DNA from: Truepera sp.
GTDB lineage: Bacteria > Deinococcota > Deinococci > Deinococcales > Trueperaceae
Direction: 5' to 3'
Length of the DNA: 64,000 bases
Assembly (NCBI GenBank): GCA_965218435.1
Contig: CBDCKW010000009.1
Coordinates: 384,001 to 448,000 of the forward strand
Shown in pieces: positions 47,095 to 56,143 of the stretch. The position numbers and the translations under genes are program-made. The notes beneath the pieces were generated by a model. The model was not told the DNA's origin. It worked only from the letters and a program-made list of their open reading frames with translations, and did not search any database. Every line of letters begins with the position of its first letter. The first letter of the stretch is position 1.

Positions 47095-47991
47095 ATGCCA
47101 GACGACCAGTACAAATTCCAAGACCCCACCGATCAGTATCCACAACCGCCTTTTGCCGAACAAAAGCAACCGGAGCCGGGGCTAAGTAGCGAGATGGACC
47201 CTAAACCCGACCACGGCGAAACGAGCTACCGGGGTACCGGCCGCCTAGCCGGACGTAAAGCACTTGTAACCGGCGCGGATAGCGGGATTGGCCGTGCGGT
47301 TGCGATCGCCTTCGCCCGCGAAGGTGCCGACGTGGTGCTTTCGTATCTGCCGTCCGAAGAAAAAGACGCTCGAGAGGTCGCTGAACTCGTCGAAGATGCT
47401 GGACAAAAAGCCGTGCTTATGCCTGGTGACCTCAAAGAGCAAGCGTACTGTGTTGAGCTGGTCGAGCGCACGGTGGCTGAACTTGGCGGCCTAGATATTT
47501 TGGTTAATAACGCCGGAAAACAGCAGGCAGTAGAGAGCATCGCCGAGCTGAGTGACGAGCAGTTTGACGAGACCTTTAAGACGAACGTGTATTCACTCTT
47601 CTGGACGTGTAAGGCGGCCCTCCCACATATGCCTGCGGGCAGTTCAATTATCAACACCTCGTCTATTCAGGCGTATCAGCCGTCGCCTATCTTGCTCGAC
47701 TACGCCACCACCAAGGCGTCTATCAATACCTTTAGCAAGGCGCTCGCACAGCAGGTTGGGGAAAAGGGCATACGGGTCAACGTCGTCGCTCCCGGCCCGG
47801 TCTGGACGCCTTTACAAGCCAGTGGCGGTCAACCGACCGAGGCGCTTAAAGAGTTCGGCGGACAAACGCCGCTGGGCCGCCCCGCGCAACCCGCCGAACT
47901 TGCCCCGGCGTACGTGTACCTGGCTAGCGCCGAATCGGGTTACGTCACCGGCGAAACGCTCTCGGTCAACGGCGGGATGGTTGCGCCGTAG
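47095..47991 (+). CDS. SDR oxidoreductase (YghA-like)
   Basis: 'PDHGETSYRGTGRL', 'TGADSGIG', 'NNAG', 'YATTK'. Confidence 0.92.
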   Translation: MPDDQYKFQDPTDQYPQPPFAEQKQPEPGLSSEMDPKPDHGETSYRGTGRLAGRKALVTGADSGIGRAVAIAFAREGADVVLSYLPSEEKDAREVAELVEDAGQKAVLMPGDLKEQAYCVELVERTVAELGGLDILVNNAGKQQAVESIAELSDEQFDETFKTNVYSLFWTCKAALPHMPAGSSIINTSSIQAYQPSPILLDYATTKASINTFSKALAQQVGEKGIRVNVVAPGPVWTPLQASGGQPTEALKEFGGQTPLGRPAQPAELAPAYVYLASAESGYVTGETLSVNGGMVAP

Positions 47992-48020
47992 GTCGAAGAA
48001 CTAGCGTGCTTAACATAGCT

Positions 48021-48053
48021 GCCGAGCGCCCGGTTCTCGTGTGGGCGCTCGGC
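48021..48053 (+). terminator. Stem-loop downstream of the SDR gene
   Basis: GCCGAGCGCCC-N11-GGGCGCTCGGC; weak U-tract. Confidence 0.45.
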
Positions 48054-48249
48054 TCTGGTAGGTCGGCCCTCGCCTACAGGTTAGCGTTTTAGAAGCTCGA
48101 GTCCTAGACCCTTTACCACGTTTCGCTCAGCCGGCGTTTTCATGGTTACCAGAGGCAAGCTTTGTTTTAACGAGTGTGTCGGCAACTGACGGTGCCCGCC
48201 AAACGTCTTTCTAACCGCAATACCCGTCTTCTCCTTTACACTAGCTTTA

Positions 48250-49737
48250 GTGAAACGCGCTGCAAAACTTACCGGTTGTACGCTACTTACCGGTTGTACG
48301 CTGGTGTTCTGGTTTTCGTTCTGGTTTAGTGCGCTGGCACAGGGCTTTAACGAAGACGCGGTGGTCAACTTCGGGTTTGCCGGTGAACTGGTGGCGAACA
48401 CGTGGAACCCGCTCCACGTCACGCTCCGCGACGCGCCACCTGCTGAGCTGGTGCTCGAGTTAGACGTCGGCACCCTGCGGGGTGGGCCGGTGGCGTTTCG
48501 TTATACCGCTGAACTCGCCGGGGGCCGAGGCGTTTACACCTTTGAAGACGACGTGTACCTTCCGGCGTGGCGGGCGTTCAGCTGGCTGATCAGAACGCCG
48601 GACGAGGTGCTGGCGAGCGGTACGCTGCCGCGTTATCTAGCTGACACTACTCCGCTCAACCTCGTTCAGGGCCGCGAAGCAGGTGCAGGTACCCAGTTTT
48701 TTGAAGACGGTGCCAGGGTCGTTGACGTTACCGGTGCCGACCTGCCCGAACGTGCTGCAGCCTATAGCGGCGTCGAGAGCGTGCTGCTGCTCCCTCAAAC
48801 TGCGCCGCCGACACCCGCTGCGTTGGCCGCCGCTGCAACTGCAGGGAGCACCGTTATGTTGGGTGGTCGGCTGGGCGCAGCCTACAACGATATCTCGGCG
48901 CTGGTTCCGCTAGCGAACACGCCGCTGGGTATAGGAACGCTCAGCCGCTTGGTTGAGGTGAACCGAACCTCAGTGCAAAGGGCGCTGCAAACCCAAGTGC
49001 TTGCGCCTGACACGCTCGCTGCTACGCTGACAAGTGACGACTTGACCCGCGCCCCCACCGGTCAGAGTTCGGCGTGGCTGGCGCTACGCGTCGGCGCGTA
49101 CGCCCTGGTCTTGCTGCTTTTACTCCGCTTTGGCGGCGGGCCGGGTGTGGTGGCGGCGCTGCTCCTCGCCGGTCTCTTGTCGCTTGCGGCGTGGCGTACC
49201 CGTCCGGTTGAACCGCTTCTGTTGCGCGACCGGAGCCTGGTGCTGAGCCGCGGCGCATTAGGTCTCCGCACCAACCTTCACTATTTGTTCAGCTTTCCAG
49301 GGGGTGCCGCAGACGTGCCTTATGCGGCGCACCCGCTGCCGGTGACCGGCGTCTCGGGGTATGGGTCGGGGCCGGAGAGCACAGGGGTCACCCTGCCCAC
49401 CTACGGCAGTGTGCTGCTCGTCGGGAAGCCGCACTTAGAGCCCACCGTTCTACGGTGGGACGGTGAGGCTGTGGTGAACAGCGGCCCCGACCCTTTGACC
49501 GACGTCTTTGTAACGTGGGGCGGCAACGCTGCTAGCGGAACAGCGCCGCAGATCGGCACAGTCTCGAGGAGTGGTCAGCAGGGCGTCTTAGAGCCGGGTG
49601 AAACGCTCCCCATCAAACCCGGCAGCCTGACACTCCCGGAGGTTTATAAAGACTTGGGGCCAGAGCTACCCCCCGGCAGTGTGCTGGCGAGAGACGGCGG
49701 GACGGTCTATGTTTTGTTGCCCGAACCTATGAACTAG
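48250..49737 (+). CDS. Hypothetical secreted/membrane protein
   Basis: Signal-like N-terminus, 'WNPLHVTL', 'LPERAAAYSGV', central TM pair. Confidence 0.7.
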   Translation: MKRAAKLTGCTLLTGCTLVFWFSFWFSALAQGFNEDAVVNFGFAGELVANTWNPLHVTLRDAPPAELVLELDVGTLRGGPVAFRYTAELAGGRGVYTFEDDVYLPAWRAFSWLIRTPDEVLASGTLPRYLADTTPLNLVQGREAGAGTQFFEDGARVVDVTGADLPERAAAYSGVESVLLLPQTAPPTPAALAAAATAGSTVMLGGRLGAAYNDISALVPLANTPLGIGTLSRLVEVNRTSVQRALQTQVLAPDTLAATLTSDDLTRAPTGQSSAWLALRVGAYALVLLLLLRFGGGPGVVAALLLAGLLSLAAWRTRPVEPLLLRDRSLVLSRGALGLRTNLHYLFSFPGGAADVPYAAHPLPVTGVSGYGSGPESTGVTLPTYGSVLLVGKPHLEPTVLRWDGEAVVNSGPDPLTDVFVTWGGNAASGTAPQIGTVSRSGQQGVLEPGETLPIKPGSLTLPEVYKDLGPELPPGSVLARDGGTVYVLLPEPMN

Positions 49738-49748
49738 CTTGAGACAAA

Positions 49749-50168
49749 TCAGAGTACCTGCTGAAAGTGATGCGACGCGATCACAAAGCCCTCACGCAGA
49801 TAAAATTTATGAGCCCTAAACCGCTGTACGCCCGAGTCCAGATGCAGCTGCGCACACCCCGCCTCTCTCGCTAAGTCCTTGAGATAATCCAGCAGCGCCT
49901 TGCTGTAACCTTTAGACCGCGCCGTTTCGCTCGTTACTAAGTCATAAACGTGCATGTATTTGCCATATGCCAACGCTTCACTCAGCCAGAACCCAGCCAC
50001 GGCGACAACCTGGCCCTCATCCTCGACATAGGCGAGCTGATAGTCTTGCGTTTCTAAACGTTTGAGTTGGGGTAAAAAGTCGGCCTCTTCTAAATGCGTC
50101 CGCAACTCCCTCATGACCGGAAAACAGGCGAGTTTTTCGGCGTCGGTTTGGGCGAGTTTGATGTTCAT
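49749..50168 (-). CDS. GNAT acetyltransferase
   Basis: 'VYDLVT...RSKGYSKALL', 'LHLDSGVQRFRAHKFY'. Confidence 0.92.
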   Translation of the reverse strand: MNIKLAQTDAEKLACFPVMRELRTHLEEADFLPQLKRLETQDYQLAYVEDEGQVVAVAGFWLSEALAYGKYMHVYDLVTSETARSKGYSKALLDYLKDLAREAGCAQLHLDSGVQRFRAHKFYLREGFVIASHHFQQVL

Positions 50169-50241
50169 CCGACAACTCTAACGTGAGCTGTAGTTATCTG
50201 CCAGTTTTTTGCGCAGGGGTAGCTAAGTGCTAGGCTGACAC

Positions 50242-50874
50242 ATGATCTTACCGCCCGAAGAGCCGCATTTCGGACCCTGGCAGGCTGTACCGATAGAGGC
50301 GTTTGTTCGGTCGGTCCGAGCAAAGCTTCCCAACGATAGGCCGGGTATCGTAGCGGTTGACGGACGCAGCGCAGGTGGGAAAACTACGCTAGCGGAGCGT
50401 ATCAACAAGGCAGTTTCCGGTTCAGCCACTGTTCACACCGACGATATTGCGTGGCATCACTCGTTTTTCGGTTGGTCAGAGCTGCTCTTGCAAGAGGTGT
50501 TAGAGCCGGTACGAGCGGGTCGGGGTGTCTCATACAGACCCTCGGCTTGGATTGAAAGAGGCCGAGAGGGAGAGGTTGAGGTGCCACCGGATTGCTCTTT
50601 GCTGATTCTCGAGGGTGTCGGTGCGGGCCGCCGGGAACTAGCGTACGCCGTTGATGTGGCGGTGTGGGTTCAGTCGGATAGGGACAAAGCTCGAGTACGG
50701 GGAATTGCCCGTGATGGCGGCGACGCGGCGGCTACCGCGTTTTGGGACGAGTGGATGACGGCGGAACTGATTTTCCTAGCTGAGCAGAGACCTTGGGAAA
50801 GAGCTGACTTCATCATTTGCGGTACACCCGAACTGGGGCACAATCCTACCGCAGAAGTCGTTGTCGCGCTTTAG
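50242..50874 (+). CDS. Uridine kinase-like P-loop protein
   Basis: 'VAVDGRSAGGKTT', 'HTDD', 'ILEGVGA', 'PWERAD'. Confidence 0.8.
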   Translation: MILPPEEPHFGPWQAVPIEAFVRSVRAKLPNDRPGIVAVDGRSAGGKTTLAERINKAVSGSATVHTDDIAWHHSFFGWSELLLQEVLEPVRAGRGVSYRPSAWIERGREGEVEVPPDCSLLILEGVGAGRRELAYAVDVAVWVQSDRDKARVRGIARDGGDAAATAFWDEWMTAELIFLAEQRPWERADFIICGTPELGHNPTAEVVVAL

Positions 50875-51902
50875 AAACCCCCGTGTTCCTCAACAAACGC
50901 CATCACTTCGTCGTAAAAACCCATGAAGTTGGCGCAGCCGTGCTTGGTCACGACGATTGCGCCGCAAGCATTGCCCATCCGGGCGCTTTTGTAAGCGTTC
51001 CAGCCCATAAGTTGACCATAGATAAAGCCGCTGGCAAACGCGTCCCCGGCTCCTAAAACGTTGTAAACCTCAACCGGAAACCCCGGGACATCTTGCTTTG
51101 TGCCGTCTCTCCCATAGATACTGACGCCCGCCGAACCGCGTTTAACTAAAAGCGTTTCAGGGCCGTTCGGGACGGCCAAAATCGCCTTGATATTCGCTTC
51201 TATGTCGCCGCGAATCACCGGCGCAGAGATTTGCTGCTGGATGATCTCGAGGTCACTGGGGTCGGTCAACATCGCCGCGTTGATCTCTTCTTCAGTGCCG
51301 AACGCCACGTCAACGAGTGGCAACAGCGCACGGATGTTGACGCCAAAAGCTCTCGGGTCGTGCCACTGGTCGGCGCGAAAATCGAGGTCGAGAAAGACTT
51401 GTTTCCCTGCGGCCTGGGCGCGTTCGGCGGCAAAAAAGGTGGCGCTGCGCCCCGGTTCTTGGGCCAAGCCGGTGCCGGAAAGCTCGAGCGCCCGACTCGC
51501 TTCAATAGGAGCCGCTAACACATCGTCAATCGTGAGCTGAATGTCGGCGGCGTTGTCACGGTAGTAGACCAGCGGAAACGTGTTAGGGGGCTGAATCCCT
51601 AACACGACCGCGCTGCTCCGGTGACCTGGTTTACGCGGGATAAACTCGGTGGCGACGCCCTCCTGCTCTAAAAAATGCAGGATAAAGTCGCCCACTTTGT
51701 CTTCACCGACGCCGGTTAAAAGCGCGGTTTGGAGACCCAACCGTTTGACGCCAACTGCGATATTTAAGGGGCTACCGCCGACATACGCGGCGAAACTCCC
51801 GATCTCTTCAAAGGGTGCGCCTACGTCGTTCGCGTAAAGGTCAATCGAAGACCGGCCCATCGTGATGAGGTCAAACGTCGGCTCAGGCATAGGTTTAGAC
51901 AT
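50871..51902 (-). CDS. iolC: 5-dehydro-2-deoxygluconokinase
   Basis: 'GRSSIDLY', 'YVGGSPLNIA', 'LDFR', PfkB 'GAGDAF'; iol context. Confidence 0.93.
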   Translation of the reverse strand: MSKPMPEPTFDLITMGRSSIDLYANDVGAPFEEIGSFAAYVGGSPLNIAVGVKRLGLQTALLTGVGEDKVGDFILHFLEQEGVATEFIPRKPGHRSSAVVLGIQPPNTFPLVYYRDNAADIQLTIDDVLAAPIEASRALELSGTGLAQEPGRSATFFAAERAQAAGKQVFLDLDFRADQWHDPRAFGVNIRALLPLVDVAFGTEEEINAAMLTDPSDLEIIQQQISAPVIRGDIEANIKAILAVPNGPETLLVKRGSAGVSIYGRDGTKQDVPGFPVEVYNVLGAGDAFASGFIYGQLMGWNAYKSARMGNACGAIVVTKHGCANFMGFYDEVMAFVEEHGGF

Positions 51903-51934
51903 GGGCTTAGTTTAGCTGTCTCAGAACGTCCCAG

Positions 51935-52696
51935 TTAGAACTTTACGGTAAGTCCGTCGCTAGCGGTTTCAAACTCAGGGGTTAAGCCTTCTGCCAGTTT
52001 ATCCAAAAACGCCTGCCCCAAGTGCGTGAGGACGAGGCGTTTAGGGCCAGACTTATCAGCTTCAAGCTCGGTGAAGTGGTCTTTAAGGGTTTCGTAATCG
52101 AGGTGCTGCGGTGTCGCCTGGTCAAACGTATAAGCGTCGCAGATGAACAGATCAGCCTCCTGAGCGAGGCTCGGTAGCGCGTCCGTCCAAACCGTATCGC
52201 CTGAATACGCGAGAACTTTGCCGCCAAACTCCAAACGCAAACCGGTGCAGACCAGTGTGGGCGCGTGCTTGACGAGGCACGAGGTCACGCGGATACCCAA
52301 AACGTCGGTGGTTTTGTCGGGGGGCAGCTCGAGCACCGTCAGCTCAAACGGCAGTTCTAACGGCGTACCGGGGAAAAGGGCTTCGGTCAGCTTAGGGATG
52401 TGCGCTTTAAGGCCGGGGGGACCGGCAATGGTCAGGGGCGCGGTGCGTTTGGTGATCAGGGCGGCCTCGAGCAGCAAAAAGGGCAGTCCGCCCACGTGGT
52501 CACCATGCAGATGCGTGATAAAAATCAGCGGAATTTCGTTGACGTCAACGCCGAAGTGTTTGGTCGCCGTCATCGAGGTTGCACCAAAATCTATTAAAAA
52601 GCGTGTCTGGGCCGACACGACAGAAAAGCAGGTGTTAAACCGGCCGCCGCTGCCAAACGCGTCGCCGCACCCCAGAAAGGTCAACTCGGAGGTCAT
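51935..52696 (-). CDS. MBL-fold metallo-hydrolase (RNase Z/AtsA-like)
   Basis: 'LGCGDAFGSGGR', 'THLHGDH', 'YSGDT', 'LTH'; TACTCT -10 box 6 nt before ATG 52696. Confidence 0.88.
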   Translation of the reverse strand: MTSELTFLGCGDAFGSGGRFNTCFSVVSAQTRFLIDFGATSMTATKHFGVDVNEIPLIFITHLHGDHVGGLPFLLLEAALITKRTAPLTIAGPPGLKAHIPKLTEALFPGTPLELPFELTVLELPPDKTTDVLGIRVTSCLVKHAPTLVCTGLRLEFGGKVLAYSGDTVWTDALPSLAQEADLFICDAYTFDQATPQHLDYETLKDHFTELEADKSGPKRLVLTHLGQAFLDKLAEGLTPEFETASDGLTVKF

Positions 52697-52819
52697 AGGC
52701 TCAGAGTACCCCGGTACTTCTGGAATGTTTGGGTTAAAGGTCAGATAGTGGTTTAACTCATTCAGCCGATTTGTCTCTCGCTGGCTCAGGGAGACGGGTT
52801 CTCTAAAGTACATTAAGTC

Positions 52820-53134
52820 GTGTACAAACGTTGGCTTTTTCCACTGCTGGCGGTCACCTTAGGTACTTTTGCGCTGCTGCCCTTCTTGCACCGCTCCGAG
52901 GCGGGTCTCAGTACCGAAGAAATCGGAAAATGCCGTGTTCAAGCCAAGTTATTCTTCGACGGGCTCGAGCATTTATTTATCAGCCGGTTGGTAATGTCCA
53001 AGCTGAACGACTCGACCTACTATGTGAGAGCCTATTCGCGTTTGGGACTGCCCTATGACGGCGCTGTGATGCGGGTGCTCGAGCCCTACGACGAAGCTAA
53101 ATACGCCAACAAGAAGTACATCGAAAACCAGTAG
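52820..53134 (+). CDS. Small hypothetical protein with N-terminal TM/signal
   Basis: 104-aa ORF filling the gap; hydrophobic N-terminus. Confidence 0.45.
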   Translation: MYKRWLFPLLAVTLGTFALLPFLHRSEAGLSTEEIGKCRVQAKLFFDGLEHLFISRLVMSKLNDSTYYVRAYSRLGLPYDGAVMRVLEPYDEAKYANKKYIENQ

Positions 53135-53224
53135 AACTGCGAGGGCAGCGTGGCCCGGATAGGCTTTCGTCACGCTGCCCCTTAGAACGTCCGGCTCTAC
53201 TGTGAAAGCTTTGCCAAACTGTAA

Positions 53225-53719
53225 TTAAACGAGTTGGAGTACGGTTGCTATAACCTCCTCGAGCTCAGCACTCGTATCGATCTCGTAGTCTGCAGCTTTT
53301 CGCAAAAGCGGCTCGACAGTTTCTACCAAATCCAGGACTCGAGCCACTTCTTCGGGACGTTTACCGTAAGCGTTGGTTGTTCTCGTCGCCAACCTCTGCA
53401 CGATAACTTCAGCGGGCGCACTCAGCAGGACAACATGGTCGAACTGCGGCATAAACTTTCCCATGTTCGCCGCACACCCGCTTAAGAAGAGCACCTCGGT
53501 GTCTTCGGTCGCTAAAAGGTTTTGCACCTGGTCTTCTCGCCACATCCAATCTCTACCCGGTTCTACGGGTGTTCCTGGACTCGAGTCGCCGCCCACCTCG
53601 ACCCACTCGGAGAACTCGTCACTGTCGGCGTCTACGGCCTTGTAGCCGCGCACTGCCAGTTCGCTGGTGACTGTCGAGGTGCCGGTTCCGGACATGCCTG
53701 TTAGAAGTATCCGCTTCAT
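53225..53719 (-). CDS. AAA_18/shikimate-kinase-like P-loop protein
   Basis: 'ILLTGMSGTGTST' (P-loop Lys appears as Thr), 'RLATRTTNAYGK'; AAAGGAG SD. Confidence 0.8.
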   Translation of the reverse strand: MKRILLTGMSGTGTSTVTSELAVRGYKAVDADSDEFSEWVEVGGDSSPGTPVEPGRDWMWREDQVQNLLATEDTEVLFLSGCAANMGKFMPQFDHVVLLSAPAEVIVQRLATRTTNAYGKRPEEVARVLDLVETVEPLLRKAADYEIDTSAELEEVIATVLQLV

Positions 53720-53754
53720 ACCGTCAGCTCCTTTCCCCTGCACTCACTACCTTT

Positions 53755-55236
53755 TTAGAACGTCCGGCTCCACTCCTTCGGCCACCGCTCGACCACAACC
53801 TTGGTTTCGGTATAGAACTCGACGCCGTGCCGCCCCTGCGCGTGCAAATCACCAAAAAACGACTCGCCCCACCCCGAAAACGGAAAAAACGCCATCGGCG
53901 CAGCGACGCCTAAGTTGATACCGACGTTGCCCGCCCGCACGCTGTACCGAAACTGCCGCGCAGCCGCACCCGACGAGGTAAATAAACACGCCTGATTGCC
54001 GAACTTGCGGGCGTTCACGATTTCAATCGCCTCTTCAATATTAGCTGCGTGCATCATGGACAAGACTGGGCCGAAGATTTCAGTCTGCGCGAACTCACTC
54101 CCCGGTGCGACGTTGCCCATCACCGTGGGGTGTAAAAAGTAGCCGTCCTTAAAACCGTCTACGTCTTCGCGCCCGCCCGTAAGCATCTCCGCACCTTGCT
54201 TGACGCCTGCGTCCACGAGGCTTTGAATCCGCGCTTTGCTCTCGGCGCTGATCACCGGTCCCATCGCCACGCCGTCGTCTAGACCGTACCCGACCTTACG
54301 AGAGTCAGCGTCAGCGGTGATGCGCTCCGTAAACTCACCTTTGGCGTCACCCACGGTAATAGCCACCGACGTTGCCAAGCAGCGCTGACCCGCGCAGCCA
54401 AACGCCGAATCTGCCAGAATGCGCGTTGTCATCTCCATATCGGCGTCGGGTAAGACGACCGCCGGATTTTTCGCGCCGCCCTGACACTGGGCGCGTTTGC
54501 CGTTCGCGGTGGCGCGGCTGTAGATGTATTTGGCGACCGGGGTTGACCCGACGAACGAGACGGCCCGGATGTCGGGGTGGTCTAAGATAGCGTCTACAGT
54601 CTCTTTACCGCCGTTGACAAGCCCCAGCACGCCTTCGGGAAAACCAGCTTCTTCTGCGAGGTGAAACATCAGCTGCGTCGTCATCGGGACTTTTTCGCTG
54701 GGTTTTAAGAGAAAGCAGTTACCGGCGGCGACGGCGTAGGGCATAAACCATAGCGGAATCATGCCGGGAAAGTTAAACGGGGTGATGGCCGCGACGACGC
54801 CCAAAGGCTGCCGGAACATATGCTCGTCGATGCCCCGCGCGATGTCCTCGTTGTTATAGCCCTGAATCATCGTCGGCATGCCGCACGCGACTTCGATATT
54901 TTCGATGCCGCGCTGCATCTCGGCGTAAGACTCTTTGAAGGTTTTGCCGCACTCGTTGGTGATGGTCCGGGCGAGCGAATCGAGGTTGGCCTCGAGCAAA
55001 CTTTTAAGCTTAAACAGCGGTTGGATGCGCTCCGTAACCGGCGTCATCCGCCAAGTCTTAAAGGCTTCTAAACCCGCCCTAACCGCCTGGTCTACCTCAT
55101 CTTTGGTGCTCTGCGGCGCGGTGGCGATCACCTCAGCGGTAGCCGGGTTGCGCACGTCAAACGTCTCCGAGTTGCGCGGGCGCTCCCAGCTGCCGCCGAT
55201 ATAGTTGAGGAGTTCTTGCTTGTCAGCTACGGTCAT
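53755..55236 (-). CDS. iolA: CoA-acylating (methyl)malonate-semialdehyde dehydrogenase
   Basis: 'ITPFNFP', 'KPSE', 'FVGST', 'GGAKN', 'GQRC', 'EIFGP'. Confidence 0.93.
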   Translation of the reverse strand: MTVADKQELLNYIGGSWERPRNSETFDVRNPATAEVIATAPQSTKDEVDQAVRAGLEAFKTWRMTPVTERIQPLFKLKSLLEANLDSLARTITNECGKTFKESYAEMQRGIENIEVACGMPTMIQGYNNEDIARGIDEHMFRQPLGVVAAITPFNFPGMIPLWFMPYAVAAGNCFLLKPSEKVPMTTQLMFHLAEEAGFPEGVLGLVNGGKETVDAILDHPDIRAVSFVGSTPVAKYIYSRATANGKRAQCQGGAKNPAVVLPDADMEMTTRILADSAFGCAGQRCLATSVAITVGDAKGEFTERITADADSRKVGYGLDDGVAMGPVISAESKARIQSLVDAGVKQGAEMLTGGREDVDGFKDGYFLHPTVMGNVAPGSEFAQTEIFGPVLSMMHAANIEEAIEIVNARKFGNQACLFTSSGAAARQFRYSVRAGNVGINLGVAAPMAFFPFSGWGESFFGDLHAQGRHGVEFYTETKVVVERWPKEWSRTF

Positions 55237-56141
55237 AATCTTCTCCCTGTGCCTTGTAGCGGCAATGTCAGCCGGTCCTCAGAACCTTCCCAAGACCCGC
55301 GTACCCACGCGAGTTGCGGCTCGTCTTTGGCGATCCACGAGGGCGTTTCCCCGGCTAAAAAGTTGAGATAGTAGGCGTCGTAACCGGGCGCGGTCACCAC
55401 CGGATGATAGCCCCGGCGGACTAATACTGCGTCGCCCTGCCCGACCAAAAGCCGCTCGTCCAGGCTGCGGTCGTCCGTGTAGAGGCGCTGCATGGCCCAA
55501 CCGTCCTCGGGGTGCATACGGTAATAATAAACCTCTTCTAAGTCAACTTCATCGGGCGGGTTCTGCACGTCATGTTTGTGCGGCGGGTACGAACTCCAAT
55601 TGCCTGACGGCGTGTAGACTTCGACGCACAGGAGATGTTCGGCGTCGTCCGGGTCGAGGATATGTGAAATCTGCCGAGTGGCGTTGTGACCGCCGCGGAT
55701 TTCAACCTTGATGTCCTCCGGGGTGATGAGGCGGGCAGGGAGTTTGCCCTCGGCAGGCGCGGACCCGGTAGCCAGCTCGAGCCTCCCCTCGGCCTGCACG
55801 CTGTAACTCGTATCCGGTGGCAAGTAGACGCTGTACGGCAGCCCAGCAAACACCCCGCGCCGCCCCCGAATCTGCCACGTCTCACCGCCAGCTTTTACGG
55901 TGGCGTCGCCACCTAAAAAGACCAAACAGAGTTCGTTGCCCTCACTGTTCGCCTCATGTGCTTGGCCTGCTGCCAGCGCGTAAACCTGAAACCCTAATAG
56001 CTTCCAACCTGCCCTCTGAGGCGTGATGTCCGTTTGCAACGCGTTATTCGTATCGGCGTGAACGATGTGCTCGGTGTTATCCACAGGCTTGTCCACAGCT
56101 TTATCCGGGTTATCCACAGTGTTATCAACACCTTTATCCAC
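55233..56141 (-). CDS. iolB: 5-deoxy-glucuronate isomerase
   Basis: 'ITPQRAGW', 'GNWSSYPPHKHD', 'LEEVYYY', 'GYHPV'; unusual VDN/VDK repeat N-terminus. Confidence 0.93.
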   Translation of the reverse strand: MDKGVDNTVDNPDKAVDKPVDNTEHIVHADTNNALQTDITPQRAGWKLLGFQVYALAAGQAHEANSEGNELCLVFLGGDATVKAGGETWQIRGRRGVFAGLPYSVYLPPDTSYSVQAEGRLELATGSAPAEGKLPARLITPEDIKVEIRGGHNATRQISHILDPDDAEHLLCVEVYTPSGNWSSYPPHKHDVQNPPDEVDLEEVYYYRMHPEDGWAMQRLYTDDRSLDERLLVGQGDAVLVRRGYHPVVTAPGYDAYYLNFLAGETPSWIAKDEPQLAWVRGSWEGSEDRLTLPLQGTGRRL

Positions 56142-56142
56142 A
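56077..56142 (+). promoter_or_regulatory. Cluster of co-oriented DnaA boxes
   Basis: TTATCCACA at 56077, 56110, 56134; TTGTCCACA 56089; TTATCAACA 56122; partial TTATCCGGG 56101. Confidence 0.75.
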
Positions 56143-56143
56143 G

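Noticed and set aside
48268..48330. 18-bp and 12-bp tandem duplications at the start of the 48250 gene (LTGCTL x2, FWFS x2)
   Set aside because: In-frame slippage duplications in a signal region; no evidence of function.
56077..56142. Chromosomal origin (oriC)
   Set aside because: Lies inside a coding operon, with no AT-rich unwinding element and no dnaA/dnaN/parAB nearby. Kept only as a DnaA-box cluster.
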